Of a DNA stretch of 13,349 nucleotides, positions 1-6,919 are shown piece after piece (the stretch's first letter is position 1; every line of letters begins with the position of its first letter). Source of the stretch: PVC group bacterium. GTDB lineage: Bacteria; GCA-001730085; JADFSZ01. The DNA lies in the NCBI GenBank assembly GCA_022560555.1, contig JADFSZ010000024.1, positions 1 through 13,349 on the forward strand, in the 5' to 3' direction. The position numbers were made by a program, and so were the translations under genes. Under the pieces are notes generated by a model. That model was not told where the DNA came from. It made no database searches and saw only the letters and a program-made list of their open reading frames with translations.

Positions 1-1428
1 ACCACTAGAAAGGTGACTTTCACGACTGTTATAGTCCAAATATTGAAGTACATGATCAGTATACGTCACACCATAAACTGTCTTCCATATTTGATCTATT
101 TTTTTACATATTTCTGGTTCATCGATTTTGGCGAGCCAATTCTCTCCGGAATTATGCTGTTCGATCAAAAACCAAAAAAAGGAGAAATGCACCGGGATCA
201 ATTTCACTGGATCCGAAGTATGATTATCACCAAACTGGATTACTAAATGATTTTGAGGGATTTTAGGTTCTAATCCTTCGTAAATTACAAGCTCGATATT
301 TGTAATTGTGTCCCAAGTGTATTGCTCATTCCATATTTTATCAGTTTCTTGTGGAGCCTTGTATGGATATTTCTTTAATTCATTTAAGTAAGATTCTAAG
401 TTCAATTTTTTAGACTGCTTTATCATTATCTCCAATATTTCATTTAATTCCTCTATGTCTTCAGTGGCTCCTTGAAATTCAATTATTAATCTATGCTTAC
501 ACAATTCCATTACAGAACCCAATGTTCCAATATTCAAAGGGATTTTCATAAGTCCGTCATAGAGGAGGCGGTTTTCTTTTAATGTGAACCTAAATTCATC
601 CCACGTTTCAATAGCGGCATTAATCTGATCTTGCTCTGCTTGGGAATAAAGAAGCACAGCATATGCTGAGGCAATTGTCTGACTGTCTACTGATGAATGT
701 GTCATTGAATCAATGGCACGTCTTATAGGTAAGTTCACGTCCTTAAAGCGTTCTAAAAAATGGTATGAAACAGCCCTTATTAGATGGATTTCTCCATTAT
801 TGGGATCAAGCTGTTCAGCATTATCTAAGTGCTTTAGGGCATCAGCGTAATTTTCTTTTACTATTGCGGAGCGCGCTAATTTACAAATCGCTGAGACATT
901 TAGTTGATCAATGAGTAATATCTTGTCGGCTATTTTCTTCATCCGAATCCAGTCGTGTAGTTCTGTATAACATCTCAATAGAATTTCTAAATTTTCAATA
1001 TTCTTCGGGTGTTTTCTTTCATATTTCCGGGATATTTTAATCGCTAATTTGAATTGAACACCATTATGTAAATTCCTTGCGATAACATCTAATGGGAATT
1101 TGAGTTTTTCCATTTTCTTTACTTCATCTTCAATTCTAGGCAAATTCTGGGTCAGTAGATAATAGTGAAATTCAAGATAACTTAGAATTTTATCAGGAGG
1201 ATTAAATTTCAGTAAACCAGATTTTAAAATATCAAAGTAATCATCACGTTCATCTCCGACAAAACATGATATTATAACACCGACTGTCATAAAATTTAGT
1301 TGAGGTTTCTCTTCTAAAAGTGACCATAATAACTTAAATCCTTTATCAACATTACCAGCGAGAAAAGATTTCGTTACTTTTGCCTCATTTTTTTGATAAC
1401 CTTTGAAATTTAATTTAGAATTAGCCAT
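1..1428 (-). CDS. Hypothetical protein with TPR-like helical repeats; N-terminal 476 codons only, 3' end lies beyond the window start
   Basis: It is missing from the ORF track because it never reaches a stop in the window. I translated the reverse complement by hand from ATG (1428-1426) and got 476 uninterrupted sense codons down to position 1: MANSKLNFKGYQKNEAKVTKSFLAGNVDKGFKLLWSLLEEK...KENYADALKHLDNAEQLDPNNGEIHLIRAVSYHF...VKLIPVHFSFFWFLIEQHNSGENWLAKI...TDHVLQYLDYNSRESHLSSG. An in-frame TAA (1443-1441) lies just upstream. An open frame this long is not expected by chance in roughly 32% GC DNA. 'YADALKHLDNAEQLDPNN' fits the TPR consensus. No catalytic motif was recognised and no obvious SD precedes the ATG. 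Confidence 0.8.
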   Translation of the reverse strand, partial: MANSKLNFKGYQKNEAKVTKSFLAGNVDKGFKLLWSLLEEKPQLNFMTVGVIISCFVGDERDDYFDILKSGLLKFNPPDKILSYLEFHYYLLTQNLPRIEDEVKKMEKLKFPLDVIARNLHNGVQFKLAIKISRKYERKHPKNIENLEILLRCYTELHDWIRMKKIADKILLIDQLNVSAICKLARSAIVKENYADALKHLDNAEQLDPNNGEIHLIRAVSYHFLERFKDVNLPIRRAIDSMTHSSVDSQTIASAYAVLLYSQAEQDQINAAIETWDEFRFTLKENRLLYDGLMKIPLNIGTLGSVMELCKHRLIIEFQGATEDIEELNEILEIMIKQSKKLNLESYLNELKKYPYKAPQETDKIWNEQYTWDTITNIELVIYEGLEPKIPQNHLVIQFGDNHTSDPVKLIPVHFSFFWFLIEQHNSGENWLAKIDEPEICKKIDQIWKTVYGVTYTDHVLQYLDYNSRESHLSSG

Positions 1429-1508
1429 TTGAATCAAATATTATCCTAAAATACATATGTAATGTTCAACATTTATTAAATAAAGTGCCATTTTAATGAA
1501 ATTAGCTA

Positions 1509-1537
1509 TTGACATAGCTTCTTTAATTTCATATACT
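1509..1537 (+). promoter_or_regulatory. Near-consensus sigma70-type promoter: TTGACA (1509-1514), 17-nt spacer, TATACT (1532-1537)
   Basis: Read directly from the sequence. The -35 is a perfect consensus, the spacer is the optimal 17 nt, and the -10 matches TATAAT at 5 of 6 positions. It faces the urtA remnant and the urt-ure string, about 100 nt upstream of ATG 1641. Confidence 0.5.
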
Positions 1538-1545
1538 TAAGTATA
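1532..1545. promoter_or_regulatory. 14-bp perfect palindrome TATACTTAAGTATA overlapping the -10 hexamer; candidate operator
   Basis: TATACTT|AAGTATA is its own reverse complement, checked base by base. It has no loop, so a dimeric protein site is more likely than an RNA hairpin. The binding factor is unknown. Confidence 0.35.
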
Positions 1546-1549
1546 AATA

Positions 1550-1572
1550 TAAGGAGGATTTCAAACTCCTTA
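1550..1572 (+). other. Leader stem-loop TAAGGAG-(9 nt)-CTCCTTA built from an SD-like and an anti-SD-like sequence
   Basis: A 7-bp perfect stem (1550-1556 / 1566-1572) with a 9-nt loop. AAGGAGG (1551-1557) has no start codon 5-10 nt downstream on either strand. Confidence 0.4.
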
Positions 1573-1640
1573 ATCTATAAAAACTTCTAGTCAATCTATT
1601 GCCTTTACGGCGATAAAATAACCAATTATGGAAATAAAAC

Positions 1641-2420
1641 ATGCAAAAAATCTATGAAACTAGTGATTTCTATTTCGTGGCCTTTCTTCATTCCAAAGGA
1701 GTGAGTGATGACGATATTTTGGAGCAATACACACCCTTTGGACACAGCGATTACCAAACCATTGTTGCCAATATTAAGAAATTTGCCGCAAAGAAGCAGA
1801 CAGCGGTTATTTCAACCATCAATGGGGATTCCAATGTTCCCTTTTATAAGGAACTTGCGAACCAAGGAATCAAAGCAGAAGATATTCCCGTTATTGCTTT
1901 TTCCGTTGGAGAGGAAGAATTGCGCGGTGTGGACACCTCTTCCCTCGTAGGACATTTAGCTGCGTGGAATTACTTTATGTCCATTGAAACTCCTGAGAAC
2001 AAAAAGTTTATAGCTAAATGGAAGGACTATGTGAAAAAACATAATCTTCCCGGAGGAGAAAAAAGAGTGACCAATGACCCGATGGAAGCAACGTATATCG
2101 GTATGCACATGTGGGCCCAGGCGGTCGAACAGGCAAGAACGACTAATATCGATGCTGTCCGTCAAGCCCTTGGGCATCAGACCTTTCGAGCCCCGTCAGG
2201 CTATACCATTACCATGGATGCTAAGAATCATCATTTGCATAAACCGGTAATCATTGCGGAAATTAGAGCAGACGGCCAGTTTGATATTGTTTGGGAAACA
2301 GAGGGACCGATTCGGGCTGAGGCTTGGAGTCCTTATCTTCCTGACAGTGCAAAAAAAGTTGCTGATTGGACTTATCCATGGGTAAGCGGTAATGGAACGG
2401 AACCAAGGTTTTCAGATTAA
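1641..2420 (+). pseudogene. urtA: Urea ABC transporter substrate-binding protein UrtA, 5'-truncated remnant (C-terminal ~60% only; no signal peptide or N-terminal lobe)
   Basis: The 259-aa ORF carries UrtA/Liv-type SBP C-lobe motifs: TPFGHSDYQTIVANIKK, STINGDSNVPFYKELANQGI, VGHLAAWNYFMSIETPENKKF, NDPMEATYIGMHMW, NHHLHKPVIIAEIRADGQF. As I recall, full-length UrtA is about 420-440 aa and starts with a signal peptide. Here the frame is closed by TAA at 1635-1637, and the upstream DNA is AT-rich non-coding. There is no convincing SD before ATG 1641. Confidence 0.7.
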
Positions 2421-2450
2421 AGGTAGTATCCATTTATGAAAGGGTTAAGA

Positions 2451-2479
2451 GTTTCTCCTGAAAAACATTCAGGAGAAAC
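2451..2479 (+). other. Intercistronic stem-loop: perfect 11-bp stem GTTTCTCCTGA / TCAGGAGAAAC with 7-nt loop and no U-tract
   Basis: The inverted repeat was verified base by base (2451-2461 and 2469-2479, loop AAAACAT). It is followed by TCACCTACCC, so it is not a canonical intrinsic terminator. Confidence 0.6.
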
Positions 2480-2553
2480 TCACCTACCCATCCTGGAAAA
2501 AAATCATTCCTCTGAAAAATTCCTCTGGATGTAGGTACGATGTTTACGTTAAA

Positions 2554-4218
2554 ATGAGACTTTTAAGGGATGATATGTACTTCCAAAGGAAAAATAGAAT
2601 AGGAATTATTCTCTGCGGTATTTTTGTCTTTTCGATCCTGATTGTATCCAGGGCATGGGGAAACGAATTAGACGAAGTTATTGGGCATCTCGGTTCTAAA
2701 AAAATAAAAGAAATCAAACAAGCTATTCAAGACATAGCACGAATGGATCAACCCCAAGTCCTGCCAACCCTCTTCGCTCTCAAGGATCGTCATCTCAGAG
2801 TCGATGAACAAGGACAGCTCTTTATCCTCAGTGATGATGAAACCACTCTGATTAATGCCATTACGAAGGAAAAAGTATCCGCAGAGGATCGGCAGCTTCG
2901 TATCCCCCGTATCAACAATTCTGTGAGACGTCTTTTATCTCCTGTTATAGCGCAATTGCAGCTTCAATCCGATGATCCCTCTATCCGCTTGGAAGCGGCC
3001 AAAGAATTAAGCAGGAAGGGAAAACTCACTGAAGATGCCGTTCTAGCGATACGTGTGGGTATCCATAAAGAACAAAATCGTAAGATTAAAAATATATTAC
3101 ATTTGGCATTAGCAAGAATCGACCTTGCCTCCGGAGATATGGATCAACGTATTCGTGCGATCGAACGGATCGGGGAGGCCGGGAACCTTCAATTTAAAAG
3201 TGTTCTTGAAAAGATACTGATTCAAAACGAAGATGCCTCCTATCCGGAGCCCGAAGAACGTATCCGGCAGGCGGCCAAGAAGGCCATCGCGGCCATAAAT
3301 CTCAAGCAGACCATCGTAACCCAGGCCGGAAACTTGTTTTATGGATTAAGTTTAGGAAGCGTTTTGCTCCTCACAGCTCTGGGACTGGCCATTACGTTTG
3401 GACTCATGGGGGTAATCAATATGGCCCATGGCGAAATGCTGATGTTGGGCGCGTATTCAACATATGTGATTCAAAACATTTTTAACACGTATCTTCCAAA
3501 TTATTTTGATTGGTATCCTTTGTTTGCTATCCCGGTTGCTTTTTTTGTAACGGCTATTGTCGGTATAATTTTAGAGCGAACCGTCATTCGGCATCTTTAT
3601 ACTCGCCCCTTGGAAACATTGCTTGCCACATGGGGTGTTAGCCTCATCATCATACAAACTGTGCGTCTCATTTTTGGCGCACAAAATGTTGAAGTGGCCA
3701 ATCCGAATTGGTTGTCCGGTGGTATAGAAGTGATGCCGGGCCTTGTTTTAACTTACAACCGCATCGCCATTATTATTTTTGCCGTGCTTGTTGTTTTTCT
3801 CGTTTGGTATATTTTGCAAAGGACGCGTTTGGGATTACAGGTGCGTGCTGTGACCCAGAATCGTTCTATGGCTGCGAGTATGGGGATTTCAACAGCAAAA
3901 ATCGATATGTGGGCCTTTGGTCTGGGAAGCGGGGTTGCGGGATTAGGCGGCGTTGCTTTATCGCAGCTTACCAACGTGGGACCGGAGTTAGGGCAGTTGT
4001 ATATTATTGATTCGTTTATGGTTGTTGTCCTGGGTGGTGTTGGCAAAATCATCGGGACTGTTGTTGGGGCCCTTGGTTTAGGAATTGCTAATAAATTTTT
4101 AGAACCTGTGTCCGGGGCTGTCCTGGGTAAAATTTTTATTTTAATTTTTATCATTTTATTCATTCAAAAATTTCCACAGGGTATATTTTCTCTGAAAGGA
4201 AGAGACGTTGAAAATTAA
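2554..4218 (+). CDS. urtB: Urea ABC transporter permease UrtB, long form with N-terminal signal-anchor plus ~230-aa HEAT-like helical domain
   Basis: The C-terminal ~290 aa is a LivH-type permease (GLMGVINMAHGEMLMLGAY, multiple TM segments) in urtB position. The N-terminus has one hydrophobic helix (IGIILCGIFVFSILIV), then a helical region with repeated motifs: SIRLEAAKELSRKG, DQRIRAIERIGEAGN, ERIRQAAKKAIAAI. Start could be ATG 2554 or ATG 2575. Confidence 0.9.
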   Translation: MRLLRDDMYFQRKNRIGIILCGIFVFSILIVSRAWGNELDEVIGHLGSKKIKEIKQAIQDIARMDQPQVLPTLFALKDRHLRVDEQGQLFILSDDETTLINAITKEKVSAEDRQLRIPRINNSVRRLLSPVIAQLQLQSDDPSIRLEAAKELSRKGKLTEDAVLAIRVGIHKEQNRKIKNILHLALARIDLASGDMDQRIRAIERIGEAGNLQFKSVLEKILIQNEDASYPEPEERIRQAAKKAIAAINLKQTIVTQAGNLFYGLSLGSVLLLTALGLAITFGLMGVINMAHGEMLMLGAYSTYVIQNIFNTYLPNYFDWYPLFAIPVAFFVTAIVGIILERTVIRHLYTRPLETLLATWGVSLIIIQTVRLIFGAQNVEVANPNWLSGGIEVMPGLVLTYNRIAIIIFAVLVVFLVWYILQRTRLGLQVRAVTQNRSMAASMGISTAKIDMWAFGLGSGVAGLGGVALSQLTNVGPELGQLYIIDSFMVVVLGGVGKIIGTVVGALGLGIANKFLEPVSGAVLGKIFILIFIILFIQKFPQGIFSLKGRDVEN

Positions 4219-5335
4219 CCGGCTTGATTATATGAAACAACGTATTCATGAGATGCATACGCCCAAAGGATGGGGTCTTATGGGATTGATGGGGAGTATC
4301 ATGATCATCGCTGTTCCTCTTTTGAATATCTTGCCATCGTCGGAATCTTTTTTTTATATTCCGGATTATTTGGTTACGTTATTTGGTAAGATCCTTTGCT
4401 ATGCTCTTGTGGCGCTTGCCTTAGATTTAGTGTGGGGATATACGGGTATATTGAGTTTGGGGCATGGCCTTTTCTTTGCCTTGGGCGGGTATGCGATGGG
4501 AATGCATTTGATGCGGAATATCGGAACCGAAGGGGTTTACAAAAGCGCACTTCCTGATTTTATGGTCTTTTTGGATTGGAAGGAACTTCCCTGGTATTGG
4601 CATGGATTTGACAAATTCCCTTTTGCGATGCTCATGGTGATTCTGGTCCCGGGTGTTCTGGCTTGGGTGTTCGGTTTTTTTGCTTTTCGCTCACGTATCA
4701 AGGGCGTTTACTTTGCGATTGTTACCCAGGCCTTGACCTTTGCGGCTATGCTCCTTTTCTTTCGGAACAATACCGGATTTGGCGGAAATAATGGCTTGAC
4801 CGACTTTAAACGTATCCTTGGGTTTTCACTGCAAGACCCTTCGACAAAGCTCGGCCTGTATGTTCTCACAGGACTTGTTCTTATAATCTTTTATATTTTT
4901 GCACGCTTTATTGTGACGAGTAAGTTGGGGCGGATCATCAGGGCCATCCGTGATGCTGAAAACAGGGTTATCTTTTCCGGTTATGATGCCTTTAAATTTA
5001 AACTCTTCATCTGGACTTTATCGGCCGTGGTGTGCGGTATTGCCGGAGCCCTTTATGTTCCGCAAGTCGGGATCATCAATCCCAGTGAGATGCAGCCATC
5101 CAACTCGATTGAAATCGTGATTTGGGTCGCGATTGGCGGACGAGGAACCCTCTTGGGGCCTATCCTGGGAGCGATTGTTGTCAACGGAGCCAAAAGCTGG
5201 TTTACTGTGGCTTATCCGGAATTTTGGCTGTATTTTTTAGGGGGGCTGTTTGTTCTTGTCACGGTATTTTTACCTCGGGGGCTCATCGGAATTTTGTCAC
5301 AAAAAAACAAGGAGCCTCTCCGTGGCCGCACTTAA
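4208..5335 (+). CDS. urtC: Urea ABC transporter permease UrtC (LivM-type)
   Basis: It has the LivM-like motif GYTGILSLGHGLFFALGGY and many TM segments, and it follows urtB. TTG 4208 sits 7 nt after AAGGAAG (4196-4202) and overlaps the urtB stop by 11 nt. ATG 4232 is the alternative start. Confidence 0.9.
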   Translation: MKINRLDYMKQRIHEMHTPKGWGLMGLMGSIMIIAVPLLNILPSSESFFYIPDYLVTLFGKILCYALVALALDLVWGYTGILSLGHGLFFALGGYAMGMHLMRNIGTEGVYKSALPDFMVFLDWKELPWYWHGFDKFPFAMLMVILVPGVLAWVFGFFAFRSRIKGVYFAIVTQALTFAAMLLFFRNNTGFGGNNGLTDFKRILGFSLQDPSTKLGLYVLTGLVLIIFYIFARFIVTSKLGRIIRAIRDAENRVIFSGYDAFKFKLFIWTLSAVVCGIAGALYVPQVGIINPSEMQPSNSIEIVIWVAIGGRGTLLGPILGAIVVNGAKSWFTVAYPEFWLYFLGGLFVLVTVFLPRGLIGILSQKNKEPLRGRT

Positions 5336-6161
5336 TTACATTCGTAATATCCTTCGTCGAGACCGCGTTTTTGAATTTATGATACCGAAACCGGTCAAGA
5401 ATCCAAAGCTTCGTATCGGACAGGGATGCCTTTTATATGTCGAAGGAGTCACGGTGAGTTTTGATGGATTCAAAGCACTCGATGATTTGAATCTCTATAT
5501 CGATGACGGAGAGCTGCGATGTATTATCGGCCCGAATGGTGCCGGGAAAACCACTCTGATGGATGTGATTACCGGAAAGACGTTGCCCGAAGAAGGAAGC
5601 GTTCTTTTTGGTCAGAACATCGATCTGCTAAAGATGAAAGAACAGGAGATTGTCGAGGCCGGCATCGGACGGAAATTTCAGAGACCAACAGTATTTCAGG
5701 AACTCACCGTTATGGAGAATCTGGAGCTGGCGATGCATACCGACAAAAAAGTATGGCATAGCCTTTTCACTTATTTGTCCGAAAAACAATTGGAGCGAAT
5801 CGAAGAAATCCTGGAGTTTCTGGCGCTTCAAGATCACCGACATCAAACCGCGGGCTTGTTGAGTCACGGGCAAAAACAATGGCTCGAAATCGGGATGCTT
5901 TTGATGCAGAATCCGAAACTTCTTTTTCTCGATGAACCGGTTGCGGGTATGACGCCGCATGAAATCGAACGGACTGGGGAGTTGTTATCTTCAATGGTCC
6001 CGGAACATACGGTGGTTGTAATCGACCATGATATGGATTTTATCCGGTCCATTGCCAAAAGAGTTACGGTTCTCCATGAGGGACATGTTTTGGCCGAAGG
6101 CAGTATGAAAGATATACAAAGCAATCCTCAAGTGATTGAAGTGTACTTGGGAGAGGAATGA
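5322..6161 (+). CDS. urtD: Urea ABC transporter ATP-binding protein UrtD
   Basis: Walker A GPNGAGKTT, signature LSHGQKQWLEIG, Walker B LLFLDEPVAGM, and the UrtD-typical VSFDGFKAL. The start is uncertain. I prefer GTG 5322 because AAGGAG (5309-5314) lies 7 nt upstream and it overlaps urtC by 14 nt. ATG 5379 is the alternative. The track start at 5250 would overlap urtC by 86 nt. Confidence 0.88.
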   Translation: MAALNYIRNILRRDRVFEFMIPKPVKNPKLRIGQGCLLYVEGVTVSFDGFKALDDLNLYIDDGELRCIIGPNGAGKTTLMDVITGKTLPEEGSVLFGQNIDLLKMKEQEIVEAGIGRKFQRPTVFQELTVMENLELAMHTDKKVWHSLFTYLSEKQLERIEEILEFLALQDHRHQTAGLLSHGQKQWLEIGMLLMQNPKLLFLDEPVAGMTPHEIERTGELLSSMVPEHTVVVIDHDMDFIRSIAKRVTVLHEGHVLAEGSMKDIQSNPQVIEVYLGEE

Positions 6162-6856
6162 TGCTTGAAATTGCGAATCTGAACCAGTATTATGGCGAAA
6201 GTCATACCTTGTGGGATATCCATTTAAATCTTCCCAAAGGTGTTTGTACCTGTCTTATGGGACGAAACGGAGCCGGAAAGACGACATTATTGAAATCTCT
6301 CATGGGACTTCACCCCATCAAAACAGGGCAGGTGAATTTTGATGGGACGGATATCACTCATATTCCTACCTATCGTAAAGTTCGTTTAGGTATTGGCTAT
6401 GTGCCGCAAGGCAGAGAAATCTTTTCACAGCTTACCGTAGAAGAAAACCTGCGTTTGGGGCTAACGGTGCAAAACCAGTGGCATAAAGAGATTCCTGATA
6501 AGATCTATGACCTTTTTCCTGACCTCAAAAAAATGTTAAATCGCCGTGGCGGGAATCTTTCCGGAGGGCAGCAGCAGCAGTTGTCGATTGCGCGTGCGCT
6601 TGTGGCCAATCCAAAATTTTTAATCCTTGACGAACCAACTGAAGGGATTCAGCCGAATATTGTTCATCAAATCGGGGAGGTCATTGAATATTTGTGTAAG
6701 AAAGCGGAAATGACGATTCTTTTGGTTGAGCAAAAACTGGCGTTTGCCCGTCGGACAGCGCAGCATTTTTGCATCATGGATAAAGGATATATGGTTGCTG
6801 CAGACAGAATAGATGCTTTAGATGATCAACTGATTCAAAAACATCTCAGAGTATAG
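6158..6856 (+). CDS. urtE: Urea ABC transporter ATP-binding protein UrtE
   Basis: Walker A GRNGAGKTT, signature LSGGQQQQLSIA, Walker B FLILDEPTEGI. The ATGA start/stop overlap with urtD indicates translational coupling. Confidence 0.92.
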   Translation: MMLEIANLNQYYGESHTLWDIHLNLPKGVCTCLMGRNGAGKTTLLKSLMGLHPIKTGQVNFDGTDITHIPTYRKVRLGIGYVPQGREIFSQLTVEENLRLGLTVQNQWHKEIPDKIYDLFPDLKKMLNRRGGNLSGGQQQQLSIARALVANPKFLILDEPTEGIQPNIVHQIGEVIEYLCKKAEMTILLVEQKLAFARRTAQHFCIMDKGYMVAADRIDALDDQLIQKHLRV

Positions 6857-6906
6857 TTAAAAAAGATAGTTAAAAAGAAAAGTTAAAAAGAAGAGTTAAA
6901 AAGAAA
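6855..6906. repeat. Four head-to-tail 13-bp tandem repeats (AGTTAAAAAAGAT / AGTTAAAAAGAAA / AGTTAAAAAGAAG / AGTTAAAAAGAAA)
   Basis: Read directly and indexed base by base. Copy 1 overlaps the urtE stop codon (TAG 6854-6856). Copy 4 abuts GGAG (6907-6910), the SD of the next ORF. Confidence 0.9.
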
Positions 6907-6919
6907 GGAGCGAAACCGT

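Noticed and set aside
13-246. 77-aa + strand ORF at the left edge. The frame is in fact open from position 1.
   Set aside because: It lies exactly antisense, in the same triplet phase, to the 476-codon minus-strand ORF. It has an odd composition and no SD, so it is a shadow ORF.
1545-1640. Guanidine-I (ykkC) or other riboswitch in the leader upstream of urt genes. ACGGCGATAAAATAACC faintly recalls the ykkC ACGGCGGGA..AAAGCCC segment.
   Set aside because: The leader is only about 95 nt, very AT-rich, and lacks the conserved GGGA and GC-rich helices. The resemblance is a few bases only, and an Infernal scan would be needed to revive the idea.
2436-2534. 32-codon sORF (MKGLRVSPEKHSGETHLPILEKNHSSEKFLWM) in the urtA-urtB spacer.
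   Set aside because: It has a weak, distant SD, and the 11-bp hairpin lies inside it. It is more simply explained as structured intergenic RNA and cannot be supported from sequence alone.
3708-4163. ORFs 3708..4010 (+) and 3753..4163 (-) nested in urtB.
   Set aside because: They fall entirely inside a permease gene with clear LivH-type motifs. Their translations are Arg/Cys/Pro-rich off-frame artefacts.
5519-6124. Cluster of small ORFs on both strands inside urtD (5519..5761, 5650..5862, 5628..5960-, 5767..5994-, 5864..6124-).
   Set aside because: They overlap a confidently identified ABC ATPase and have no motifs or RBS. They are typical off-frame and antisense ORFs of GC-richer coding DNA.
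6855-6906. CRISPR-like array.
   Set aside because: The 13-bp units are directly abutting with no spacers, the repeats are far too short, and there are no cas genes.
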